From Thermodesulfovibrionales bacterium (GTDB lineage: Bacteria; Nitrospirota; Thermodesulfovibrionia; Thermodesulfovibrionales; SM23-35): a DNA stretch of 64,000 nucleotides. The notes beneath the pieces were generated by a model, which did not search any database, was not told the origin of the DNA, and saw only the letters and a program-made list of their open reading frames with translations. The translations under genes were made by a program, and so were the position numbers. The stretch is from NCBI GenBank assembly GCA_963716185.1, contig OY970295.1, forward strand, positions 15,864 to 79,863. The letters are read 5' to 3'. Shown one piece after another: positions 34,696-43,893 of this stretch (positions within the stretch are counted from its first letter, which is position 1; each line of letters starts with the position of its first letter).

Positions 34696-35171
34696 GGTAT
34701 AACTGCGTGATTTATCGGGCATTTTTAAATTATAAAATGGAATCGCTTCAGGCAATTTGTCTTATTCATGGGAATATTGTCTGAATCGGTATGTTACCCA
34801 GCTGACGCAGATAGTCTCCCCGCCGATGCACATTCCTATTCAGTGCAAGACAACTTCATTGACCACTTTTAAAAATAAGTTGTTCTTCCGCAGTCGGCGA
34901 TATTCTCATTTTCCTGTCGATAAACATTCGTGATGCAACCCGATAAATTAAGTTGAGCGGACAGTGACTATGATGAACCGGAATTATCAGCACCGGATTT
35001 TGATCACTTCATATAAACCCGAACCGGGTTCATCGTTCACAAAAATGCATCAATCGTTCTAAAAAGTGATTTTTTTATTGACAAAATGAAATCAATCGTA
35101 TATGAATAATATAAGTTGTTTTTTTAGAGGATTATTTTCAGTGCTGTAAAGTGAAAGGAGGTGAACAGACA

Positions 35172-35231
35172 ATGCCAGCAAAAAAAGCTCCTGCGAAGAA
35201 GGCAGCAAAGAAGACCGCAAAGAAGAAATAA
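35172..35231 (+). CDS. 19-aa Lys/Ala-rich histone-H1-like microprotein MPAKKAPAKKAAKKTAKKK
   Basis: Strong RBS AAGGAGGTGA, upstream TTGACA-17-TATGAA, downstream intrinsic terminator. Confidence 0.75.
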   Translation: MPAKKAPAKKAAKKTAKKK

Positions 35232-35262
35232 GTTTCCTTTAACACATGCACACACATTTTTT

Positions 35263-35296
35263 AGGCTGAAGAAGAAATTCTTCAGCCTTTCTTTTT
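35263..35296 (+). terminator. intrinsic terminator
   Basis: AGGCTGAAGAA-GAAA-TTCTTCAGCCT followed by TTCTTTTT. Confidence 0.85.
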
Positions 35297-35415
35297 GCGG
35301 TCTTCCCTTTTAATGAAAACCAATTTTGAGGAAAAATGCAAGTACAAATTTACAACATATTGAAAATAAAAGATTATTATAAAACCCGCACAGGTTCAGC
35401 AGACAGCACAGAAGA

Positions 35416-35600
35416 TTAACCCAAAAACCGCAAGTCATTAACCTTTATATTCATAGATTAACGGTGGACACGGCGGATGCAGTATTTGAGCTCATTCTCG
35501 GGCTATCGCCCTCCGAGGTAAATTCTGTTCCGAAGGCTTTCGGGATTTTTATGTCACTATGCTCGCCTCAATCTAAGACCAACCGTATTTTTCGGGTTAA
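35416..35600. repeat. MITE-like repeat, copy 1
   Basis: TTAACCC(A/G)AAAA-type terminal inverted repeats; 35521-35600 closely matches 39620-39698. Confidence 0.6.
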
Positions 35601-35699
35601 CTTTTCGGATGATTCGCAATCCTTAGTTTTTATTTTCGCGTCAGACTTTTCGGGCACGGGATCCGGACAGAGGTCTATTTGACCCAGTCGGCGGTCCTT

Positions 35700-36938
35700 T
35701 CAGTGCACGGAGCAGGAGAAGCAGGGATCATAAGCCCTGACGAGCATCTCACACAAAAGGGTCAGTTCTTCCTCAGGCTTATCCATATTTTCAGTTACGA
35801 GTTTTTTAAGGTCTTCTTCGAGGCCGAGAAAATTATACGCTGTCGGCGTAACTATATTCGCGCTCTTTATAATTCCCAGTCTGCTGACTTTGTATTCATG
35901 ATACAGAAGACCCCTCGGGGCTTCAGTCATCGCAGCGCCCGCACCCTCTCCGGGCCTTACCGGCATCAGGGAATCCTGAGGAGAAAGAGTATCAAGGAGT
36001 TCGATGCATTTCCATACGCAGTGCACCACTTCCACGGCCTGTGCAACGACATTAAAGAACGGATTTTTCCCCAACGTCTTAAAACCGATTACACCTGCGG
36101 CTTTCCTGGCTTCGGGATGAAGCATATCAAATTTTATATTAAGCCTTGAAAGTGCGCCCACCATAATCGGCGCCCTGCCCTTCAATATAGTTCTTTTCGC
36201 ATTTGAATAGGGGACTTCACATTCCTGAAAGTAAGAATAATAATCGTTTATTTCCGCCTTAATGCCGGAGCCTGACGTGATCGTCCCATCATTTATTGCA
36301 TATTCTCCCCCGCTGACAAGAGCAACGTATTCTGCATTGCTTTCCAGAACCGGGTACTTAAGTTCCGACACCATTTTCACCGTATCCAGTGCATCGTTTA
36401 CCACACCTTCCAATTGTTTTATCATTTCCCCGATCTCATTCCCGGACGGGACTTTTGTAAATCCTCCTATTACCATTGATACCGGGTGGAGAGCCCTGCC
36501 TCCGAAGGTGGACGTAACATTATTTATGGCCTCTTTCAGCCTTAAAAGCCGCTTTAATTCATTATCAAGTCCGGAGAGCATATCAAGCCCGTGATAATCC
36601 GGCAGGACCAGTGCATATATGTGAACGAGATGGCTCGCGGCTATCTGGCTGAGGGTCATGATGTCCCGGATCTTTTTAATCTCCGGAGAAGGTCGAAAGC
36701 CTATCGCTTTCTCGACTGCATTGATTGCCGTCGTCATATGAGAGACGGGGCAGATACCGCATATCCTCGAAACGATATCCGGGACTTCATCATATTTCCT
36801 TCCCGTGAGGAACCCCTCGAAGAAACGTGGAGGCTCCCATATATTCAATTTGAGTGTCTTTAATTTTCCATCTTTTATATCAAACCTGACAGACCCTTCT
36901 CCTTCGACGCGCGCCACATACTCCACATTAATCTTCAT
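35700..36938 (-). CDS. [NiFe]-hydrogenase large subunit, group 3b-like
   Basis: ARVEGEG, RFFEGF, L1 RICGICPVSH, EAPRG, L2 DPCFSCSVH followed directly by the stop. Confidence 0.95.
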   Translation of the reverse strand: MKINVEYVARVEGEGSVRFDIKDGKLKTLKLNIWEPPRFFEGFLTGRKYDEVPDIVSRICGICPVSHMTTAINAVEKAIGFRPSPEIKKIRDIMTLSQIAASHLVHIYALVLPDYHGLDMLSGLDNELKRLLRLKEAINNVTSTFGGRALHPVSMVIGGFTKVPSGNEIGEMIKQLEGVVNDALDTVKMVSELKYPVLESNAEYVALVSGGEYAINDGTITSGSGIKAEINDYYSYFQECEVPYSNAKRTILKGRAPIMVGALSRLNIKFDMLHPEARKAAGVIGFKTLGKNPFFNVVAQAVEVVHCVWKCIELLDTLSPQDSLMPVRPGEGAGAAMTEAPRGLLYHEYKVSRLGIIKSANIVTPTAYNFLGLEEDLKKLVTENMDKPEEELTLLCEMLVRAYDPCFSCSVH

Positions 36939-37698
36939 ATGCCTCTATCGCCCTTCTGAATTCGATCGTGTCCGCTCCAAACTCCGTAAACTTTCTCACA
37001 ATGTCGTCTCTTGAAAACCCGAGTGTCTTAAATTTCTTTGCAAGCGCCGGTCCGTTGGCGTGTTTCATAGGCCCGAAACATGAATAGCATGCCCTGTTCA
37101 TAGAAGGGCAGAGCGCTCCGCATCCCGCATTAGTCACGGGCCCCATGCAAGGCAGATTATAAGCCACCAATACGCAGACATTGCCCTTCAGTTTACATTC
37201 AACGCAGACACTGTGTTCAAGAAAGACGGGTTCTTTCCCCATAAGAACTGATGACAGCGCCTCATACAGGTCCCTCTCTCCCGGCGGACATCCTCTTATA
37301 TGACCATCTATTTCCACGTATGCATCCAGGGAATGGGGCCTTATGGAATGAATTGTGGAGAGGTCTTTATATACCTTTTTTTCCGCTTCGAGCTCGGGCA
37401 TAGTCGATTTTATGGCCGGTATGCCTCCATTTATGGCACAGGCGCCAATGGCAAAAAGTTGTTTGCTCCGTTCTCTTATCTTTTTAAGTTCATCCACCTG
37501 CCAGGATTCCGTTACAGTGCCTTCAACAAGGGCCAGATCAAAAGGTCCGTGAGGATTGCCGCCCCTTTTGAGCATCCTTGCATAAACAAAATCAAAACCT
37601 GCCAGTGTTTCGGGAATATGTTTCTGGAAATACATGAATTGAAACTCGCATCCGGCACAGCAGGAATATTTAAAGAACCCGAGCTTAGGTTTTTTCAT
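36928..37698 (-). CDS. [NiFe]-hydrogenase small (delta) subunit
   Basis: CCAGC, GACAINGG, GCPP, CVECK..CV, CMGPVT.AGCGALCP..CYSCFG; ATG 37698 overlaps the upstream TGA. Confidence 0.93.
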   Translation of the reverse strand: MKKPKLGFFKYSCCAGCEFQFMYFQKHIPETLAGFDFVYARMLKRGGNPHGPFDLALVEGTVTESWQVDELKKIRERSKQLFAIGACAINGGIPAIKSTMPELEAEKKVYKDLSTIHSIRPHSLDAYVEIDGHIRGCPPGERDLYEALSSVLMGKEPVFLEHSVCVECKLKGNVCVLVAYNLPCMGPVTNAGCGALCPSMNRACYSCFGPMKHANGPALAKKFKTLGFSRDDIVRKFTEFGADTIEFRRAIEAYED

Positions 37699-38750
37699 AA
37701 TGTCGGGAAGCGCTCTCCCCAGTCGTACCATTTCCAGACATCTCTTGCCAGATCTTTATACTCGTTCTTAATATGCTCAAAAAGGCGTGCGTTTTCTATG
37801 GCTATAGCGCCCTGACATGCAAGTGCCGACAGGAAATCCACATCGGATTCGTTAAAGGCATAAGGTACCGCAGTATACACCCTGAGGACCCCTATCGCGG
37901 AACCCCTCACTATCAGCGGCAAAGAGAGTAAAGCCCTGACGCCTTCTTTTATCAGTTCACCGGGGTACTGGAGCCTCTTATCTTTCCGGATGTCTTTCAC
38001 GTTGATGACCTTGCATCCCAGGCATTCCCTGTCTATAATGCTTTTCTCTACTTCGACAGGGCCCTTTTCCAAATAAGCCTTGCTTAAACCGTAAGCGGCT
38101 TTAACTCTCAGCGTCTTCCTTTCTTCATCGAGCAGCCTCAGGGATGCGCCCTTCATGCCCAGGACCCTGGCCGCATTTTCCACAACCATCTGGAGTATCT
38201 CGACGGTAGAAAGAGAAGAATTAATAGACCTGGATATCCTCGTAAGGGCGTTCATCTCATCCCATATCCTGGCCCTGCCGGCAAGTATGCCTCCAAGTGA
38301 TGCAAGGGCCTTTAGTTTCTCCGTCTCTTCCTTCGTAAAAATGTGCGGCTCAGAAGTATAAACCCTGATTACACCTATCGCTCTTTCTTCCTCCATAAGG
38401 GGAACACTCAGAACAGATTTAATACCTTCTTTTTTAGCCTGCTCAAGATAAAGGACGTGAGGTTCCTTTGTTATATCTTTTGTGCTGATCACCCTTCCCT
38501 TGAGGACCTTCTGATCGACCGGGTGTTCCTTAACAGTAATAGGACCCTTTTTCAGATATTTGGCGCTCAAACCGAAAGCCGCTGCAATTTCAAGGGTCTG
38601 ATTTTTTTCATCAAGAAGCCTGATCGTACAGCCCTTGACGCCCATTATCTTTGTCACGCTTTGAGCGAGGACTTTCAGGGTCGAAGTCAGGTCAGGGGCT
38701 TTGGCAAGGTCACCGCAAAGCCTGCACACTTCCGCATCAAGATGATCCAT
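37695..38750 (-). CDS. tandem GAF-domain protein with no output domain
   Basis: Two similar units (GVKGCTIRLLDE/GMKGASLRLLDE ... AIGV.RVYT). Confidence 0.88.
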   Translation of the reverse strand: MDHLDAEVCRLCGDLAKAPDLTSTLKVLAQSVTKIMGVKGCTIRLLDEKNQTLEIAAAFGLSAKYLKKGPITVKEHPVDQKVLKGRVISTKDITKEPHVLYLEQAKKEGIKSVLSVPLMEEERAIGVIRVYTSEPHIFTKEETEKLKALASLGGILAGRARIWDEMNALTRISRSINSSLSTVEILQMVVENAARVLGMKGASLRLLDEERKTLRVKAAYGLSKAYLEKGPVEVEKSIIDRECLGCKVINVKDIRKDKRLQYPGELIKEGVRALLSLPLIVRGSAIGVLRVYTAVPYAFNESDVDFLSALACQGAIAIENARLFEHIKNEYKDLARDVWKWYDWGERFPTL

Positions 38751-38886
38751 GAAAAAAGGCTACCAGACAGGGCCGGGGTTGTCAAGAAAATTGGCGCTGC
38801 AAGCCATTCACCTCGCCTGCCAAAATCTTCTTGTTATGATTTTCGATATTCCTTTATACTTAATAAATCAAACATTAATTTTAACT

Positions 38887-39480
38887 ATGGAACAGGGTAT
38901 CATAGAGAACCTCATAACCGAACTCACAAAACTGCCCGGTATAGGCAGAAAGACCGCGCAGAGGCTCGCTTTTTTTATACTTGCCATGCCGGGGGAAGAC
39001 GCAAAGGGCATTTCGAGGGCGATAGATGAGGTAAAAGACAAGGCGCGGTTCTGCAGGGAGTGCTTTAATATTACAGAAAACGAGATTTGCAGCATTTGCA
39101 GCAGTGCTTCGCGGGACAAAAGCAAACTCTGTGTTGTAGAAGAGCCGAGTAATATACTTGTGATCGAGCGGTCCAGGAGCTTTGACGGTCTCTACCATGT
39201 CCTCCTCGGCGCCCTCTCCCCGATAGACGGCCTTACCCCCGACAGGCTCAAGATAAACGAACTCGTCGAGAGGGTCAGAAAAGATTCAATCCAGGAGATT
39301 ATCATCGCGACAAATCCCAATACCAAAGGCGAGATGACCGCACAGTACATACGAGAGATGCTGAAGCCTTTTAACGTAAGAGTCACCCGGATTGCCTACG
39401 GCCTTCCGATAGGAGGAGATATCGAGTTTGCCGACGAGGTGACCCTCAGCAAAGCTCTCGAAGGAAGAAGAGAGATTTAA
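38887..39480 (+). CDS. recR: recombination mediator RecR
   Basis: LPGIGRKTAQRLAF, C4 zinc finger, YHVLLGALSP, TRIAYGLPIGGDIEFAD. Confidence 0.97.
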   Translation: MEQGIIENLITELTKLPGIGRKTAQRLAFFILAMPGEDAKGISRAIDEVKDKARFCRECFNITENEICSICSSASRDKSKLCVVEEPSNILVIERSRSFDGLYHVLLGALSPIDGLTPDRLKINELVERVRKDSIQEIIIATNPNTKGEMTAQYIREMLKPFNVRVTRIAYGLPIGGDIEFADEVTLSKALEGRREI

Positions 39481-39698
39481 TCCAAAAAATGCAATTCCCT
39501 AAATATATAGGGAGGCATAGTGGCAGAAAAAACTTGACAGCAGTTCCTTTGTGGGCGGTCAGATATCAAGTCCGCCCGGATATTTTTATTCAGAAGAAAT
39601 ATATGCCGTAGAAAACCCAAATTCTGTCCCGAAGGCTTTCGGGATTTTTATGTCGCTATGCCTCCCTCAATCTGAGATCAACCGCATTTTTCGGTTAA
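39477..39698. repeat. MITE-like repeat, copy 2, with nested inverted repeats
   Basis: Outer TTAATCCAAAAAATGC / GCATTTTTCGGTTAA; inner AGGGAGGCATAG.G.CA IRs at 39509 and 39667; TCCCGAAGGCTTTCGGGA hairpin. Confidence 0.6.
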
Positions 39699-39746
39699 TA
39701 AATGCAAACTTAAAATCCCGCAATTCCGATTTATTTCGGGTAGTTA

Positions 39747-40544
39747 TTATTTTTCTCTTTTGGGTCCGAAAGTCCATTGAAATGCAAGGTATGCTGAAAA
39801 TGTATTTTGACCTTTGAGGTCGCGGCCTGCCGAAAAAAGGATATGGTGCGCGTCGCTGAGATTGATAATCCCTCCCGCGTTAAATCCGGTTTCATCACTT
39901 TCGCCCTTGGCCTTCGGCGAAGTGTTAAAAATCTCGGAGCCGAGGGTAATGACTTTTGAAAGATCACGCTGGAGGAGCCATCCCGCAAACCAGTAGTTTT
40001 TATTGCCTTCACCCGGATGATGCCAGTATCCACCGCCCCCGTAAGTTGTCCAGGGCCCCCAACTTTTTTGTATCCATACCGGGAAAAATATATTTATGCG
40101 CCCTTCTCCCAGTCCGCGGGAGCTGTCACCTGCAGGCAGTTCAATAAGCGGGAAAGCTCCTACCTGCGGAATCCAGCCTTTGTCATCTTCATGGATAAAG
40201 CGATACTTGATACCTAATTCCATATCGCCCAAGCCGTATTGGGTTGAGCCGATATGCGGCGCCGAATAAGCCATTGGAAGGATCAAGTGAAGCTGTACAT
40301 CCCGGATTATACCATAGTTGACCTCGACATGCGGCAGAGTGCCTGATGTCCCCGCTTCCCTTTCATGTGCCCACTGTGAAGCCAAGTACACTTCCCAGTG
40401 CCTGAACTCAACGGGTTCGGGATCATCGGTGACAAAGGGCGGACCTCCCCATGCCGGACCCGCAGCGAATATAAATAAAGAGACCGCAGCCGTAAGCACT
40501 GCGGCCGCAAAAATGACAGGCCCTTTTTGAAGCCGATAACTCAT
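39747..40544 (-). CDS. putative outer-membrane beta-barrel protein
   Basis: GPPFVTDDPEPV N-terminus, GLGDMELGIKYRF, alternating beta pattern, terminal aromatic strand YLAFQWTF. Confidence 0.7.
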   Translation of the reverse strand: MSYRLQKGPVIFAAAVLTAAVSLFIFAAGPAWGGPPFVTDDPEPVEFRHWEVYLASQWAHEREAGTSGTLPHVEVNYGIIRDVQLHLILPMAYSAPHIGSTQYGLGDMELGIKYRFIHEDDKGWIPQVGAFPLIELPAGDSSRGLGEGRINIFFPVWIQKSWGPWTTYGGGGYWHHPGEGNKNYWFAGWLLQRDLSKVITLGSEIFNTSPKAKGESDETGFNAGGIINLSDAHHILFSAGRDLKGQNTFSAYLAFQWTFGPKREK

Positions 40545-40649
40545 TCTATTAAAGGATATCAAGGACTGTGTTACTGTCAAGCGTATGAGCGTATGATATC
40601 TCTTTTCTGCTATCATCTAAGGGAAGACAAAATTAGTCGTGGAGGTATG

Positions 40650-41048
40650 ATGAAAAACTTTTTGCCGCCGTTAATTATAGTGATTCTCCTCGCAGGATGC
40701 AGCTCCTACCTGATTCGCGGACAGTTTGACAAGACTCTTGAAGCATATAATGAGGCATTGCGCTGGTTTGAATGGAGCAATGCGAGTTTTTATACCGAAG
40801 ATTCAATCCGGGAAGAGTCTGAAGCGAGGGCGGCGGCGGCAAAGGATGTGAGGATAGTCGACTACCGCATTGTCAATAAGACATATGATGCGGAAAAGCG
40901 TGAGGCGACCGTGGAGGTAGAGATTGATTATTACAGAGTTTTTTCCCTGGCCGTAAGAACCTTGCGCGACACGCAGAAGTGGGCATATCTGGGCGAGAAG
41001 GGAACAGAAAGATGGAGACTGGTGAGCTTGCTGCCGGAATTCAGATGA
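40650..41048 (+). CDS. hypothetical lipoprotein
   Basis: Lipobox LLAGC; RBS GGAGG. Confidence 0.8.
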   Translation: MKNFLPPLIIVILLAGCSSYLIRGQFDKTLEAYNEALRWFEWSNASFYTEDSIREESEARAAAAKDVRIVDYRIVNKTYDAEKREATVEVEIDYYRVFSLAVRTLRDTQKWAYLGEKGTERWRLVSLLPEFR

Positions 41049-41106
41049 ATATATTTCGCGGGGCTGAATATCAAACGGGGATTATGTCAATACCAAAGAA
41101 ATAATA

Positions 41107-41472
41107 CTAAAACATGGACCTGATTCTTCCTGTTCTTCTATCGATCAGAATTAAATCTATAAGAGCACCCTTGTTATTTACAATTTCAGCCACAAAGAAA
41201 TGAGGTCTCTCGGTTATCCTGACAACCCTTACACCCCAATTGTGATGCACAAAGATTTTCTCAAGGATTTCCTGGGCTTCGGCAGATGTCCTCACGATTC
41301 TCTTCGCTCCGTACCATCCCCACTTCTCGCCTTGCCCGTAATCTCCATAAGTAGGCTGACACTCCACCTTTTCCTGAGTAGTCTGCTGGGCGTACGAAAA
41401 GTCTGTAACAGAAAAAACACTTGCAAAAGATAAGAAGAATAAAATTATTCCATTCATTATTGCCTGATTCAT
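41107..41472 (-). CDS. exported hypothetical protein with PepSY-like C-terminus
   Basis: Signal peptide; ..ILIDRRTGRI ending. Confidence 0.6.
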   Translation of the reverse strand: MNQAIMNGIILFFLSFASVFSVTDFSYAQQTTQEKVECQPTYGDYGQGEKWGWYGAKRIVRTSAEAQEILEKIFVHHNWGVRVVRITERPHFFVAEIVNNKGALIDLILIDRRTGRIRSMF

Positions 41473-41577
41473 TTTGAAGGGGGCCTATAGACCCCCTTTA
41501 TTCTTACAGATTCACCGGACATCTTCCCATTATATCTTTTTTGCCTAACACTCTGCCGCAATTTACACCGCCGTCCT

Positions 41578-41712
41578 TCACTCATTTACTCCTGCTTCAT
41601 CGGCTTTTTGAAAAATCTGTGCTCTGATACCGATAATCTCTTTCTGAAGTGCCGCAGCAACTAAAGTTAGGCATGCTTCCAAGATTAGCCCTATTACCAC
41701 CACCTTTCTCAT
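41578..41712 (-). pseudogene. internally deleted ZraP/Spy-like periplasmic protein
   Basis: Signal peptide joined directly to a LQKEIIGIRAQIFQKA tail resembling 61624-62025; strong RBS. Confidence 0.45.
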
Positions 41713-41745
41713 CAAATTTACCTCCTTTCCCAATGTACATAACAT

Positions 41746-41784
41746 ATCAAAGGATTGTGAAGAGGTTTCGAAGGAATTATGAAG
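41746..41784 (-). promoter_or_regulatory. OmpR-family-type tandem direct repeats
   Basis: CTTCATAATTC-CTTCGAAACCT-CTTCACAATC-CTTTGAT with 10-11 bp period, between the kinase and its downstream genes. Confidence 0.4.
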
Positions 41785-43165
41785 AAGTTGTGAAATCAGG
41801 TATTGGTATATACAGGACAAATACCGAGCCCTTTCCGTATTCGCTCTGCACTTCTATCCTGCCGCCGTGGGCTTCGGCAAGCTCTTTCGCAATAGCGAGA
41901 CCGAGGCCGAGACCTCCCTTGGATGTCTTATAAAACCTCTCGAATATAAAAGGCATATCCTCTTTCCTTATGCCCGAGCCCGTATCCATGACCTCGATAT
42001 AACCTTCACTTCCTCTGATTCCGGCCTTTATCCCGACACTGCCTCCTTTTTCCGAGGCCTTGAGCGCATTGACCAGGAGGTTGATCACGATCTGGCTGAT
42101 TTTGTCCGGGTCTGCATAGAGCACAGAACTGTCGCCGCATTCAAGATTCAATGCAATGCCTTTATCGTTAAACAAGCTTTCAAATCTCACTCTGATATTT
42201 GTCAGGAAGGGCCTGAGATCAAAAGATTGTCTCTTGAGCTCGAGGACACACGCTTCCGCCTTTGAAAGGTCCTCTATCCCCTCGATAATTTTCTTAAGCC
42301 GGGCAGCCTCTTCATGCAGGGACAAAAGACGTTCCTTATCCGTTTCTATAAGACCGTCGATCATACCTTCAAGTTCTCCCTGGATTACGGTAAGGGGCGT
42401 CCTGAGTTCGTGCGCTATGTTGGCAGTCAGTTTCCTTCTCAGGGACTCATGGATCTCCAAATTGTTCGCCATGGTATTAAAAGTTCTCGCGAGAGTGCTT
42501 ATTTCGTCATTGCCCGAAACAGAGACCCTGCTTTTAATATTTCCTTCACTGATATTTCGGGCGGCATCTGTGAGCTTCTTTATAGGGTCCGTCATTTTTT
42601 TTGAAAAGATGAGACTCATGACGAGGGATAGTCCGCCCAGGAAAAAGAGAGACAAGAGAAGGAATTTATTCGATCTCATCATAAAAATAGCCTCCTTGCC
42701 CGGACCTTTTCTCGGTACGACCGGCTTTATATAGAGAGTTCCTATGTTACTGCCCCCCAGAAAAAGCGGATAGCTGCTGAATTCCCCGCCGCCGGATTGC
42801 GGGTTATCGCCTGAAAACCCTGACAGGGCGACAATTCTCCTTTTCATAAGGGGAGACAGAGACCCAACCGCCTCCCTGGAATTCATGAGTTCATGATTGT
42901 TCATATCGAGTATTTTCACCTTATATCCGAGAAGAAGCGCCCATACTGCGGCCTCCTTAAGAGCGCCCCGGTTCCATCCCGAGTATTTTTCGTAGGTACC
43001 CTCTATGGCAGCATTCACCCGATAAATTGTGTCCTCTGTTTCGCCGTCAAGGTATTCCTCGAAATCCTTTATTATCAGCTCGCGCAGGGACAGGGCCGCA
43101 GACAGGGAAATCAGGGAAACGGAAAAGAGAAGTAAGAGAAACTTAACCCAGAGACTTTTGATCAT
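41777..43165 (-). CDS. BaeS-like sensor histidine kinase
   Basis: Two TMs, HAMP, AHELRTPL, NALK, GLGLGLAI. Confidence 0.93.
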   Translation of the reverse strand: MIKSLWVKFLLLLFSVSLISLSAALSLRELIIKDFEEYLDGETEDTIYRVNAAIEGTYEKYSGWNRGALKEAAVWALLLGYKVKILDMNNHELMNSREAVGSLSPLMKRRIVALSGFSGDNPQSGGGEFSSYPLFLGGSNIGTLYIKPVVPRKGPGKEAIFMMRSNKFLLLSLFFLGGLSLVMSLIFSKKMTDPIKKLTDAARNISEGNIKSRVSVSGNDEISTLARTFNTMANNLEIHESLRRKLTANIAHELRTPLTVIQGELEGMIDGLIETDKERLLSLHEEAARLKKIIEGIEDLSKAEACVLELKRQSFDLRPFLTNIRVRFESLFNDKGIALNLECGDSSVLYADPDKISQIVINLLVNALKASEKGGSVGIKAGIRGSEGYIEVMDTGSGIRKEDMPFIFERFYKTSKGGLGLGLAIAKELAEAHGGRIEVQSEYGKGSVFVLYIPIPDFTTSS

Positions 43166-43856
43166 CTATCATTCCGGTAAATTTATAACCCACTCCGTAA
43201 ACCGTATGAATAAATAAGGGACTCCTCGGATCATCTTCTATCTTCTGCCTTATGTTCTTTATATGGGCATCAATGCTTCTTTCATATCCTTCAAACTGAT
43301 AGCCCAGCGCACTCTCGACAAGCTCGCCCCTCGTGAATACCCTTCCGGGTGAACCTGCCAGCACCGAGAGTATCTTGAATTCGGTCGGCGTCAGCGTCAG
43401 CGTCAGTCCTTTCTTTTTGACCTCGAGGCTTCGGGAATCCACCGCCAAAAGCCCTTTATTGAAGCTCATGAAGCTGGCAGTCACATCTTTCTTCTGAGAC
43501 CTTTTCATCACGGCCTTCACCCGCGCGACCAGCTCTCTCGGGCTGAACGGTTTGACAATATAATCATCGGCGCCCAACGCAAAACCGGCCACCCTTTCTT
43601 CTTCTGCGGATTTCGCCGTCAACATAATTATCGGGAAATCTCCGATCTCCCTGAGTTCCTGGCATACCTCTTCTCCCGTCATATCCGGCAGCATCAGGTC
43701 CAGTATAACGAGAGACAAAGGTTCTTTCGAGGCCGAATCCAGTGCGTCCCTGCCTTTCTCGGCAGCAATCACCTTAAACCCCTCGCCCTCAAGATAAACC
43801 TTGACTAACCTGGAAATCTTTCTGTCATCTTCAACAACAAGAATCGGATGCACCAT
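43143..43856 (-). CDS. OmpR/BaeR-family response regulator
   Basis: LDLMLP, GADDYIVKPFSPREL, ERSIDAHIKNIR, TVYGVGY. Confidence 0.95.
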   Translation of the reverse strand: MVHPILVVEDDRKISRLVKVYLEGEGFKVIAAEKGRDALDSASKEPLSLVILDLMLPDMTGEEVCQELREIGDFPIIMLTAKSAEEERVAGFALGADDYIVKPFSPRELVARVKAVMKRSQKKDVTASFMSFNKGLLAVDSRSLEVKKKGLTLTLTPTEFKILSVLAGSPGRVFTRGELVESALGYQFEGYERSIDAHIKNIRQKIEDDPRSPLFIHTVYGVGYKFTGMIDDQKSLG

Positions 43857-43893
43857 ATTCTAAATATACCACATACTGTCCCCTGTTAATCTA

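Noticed and set aside
35700..35702. TGA after the hydrogenase L2 motif as selenocysteine or readthrough
   Set aside because: All four Ni-ligand positions are Cys codons, the TGA follows the terminal His, and the downstream frame does not resemble a maturation tail.
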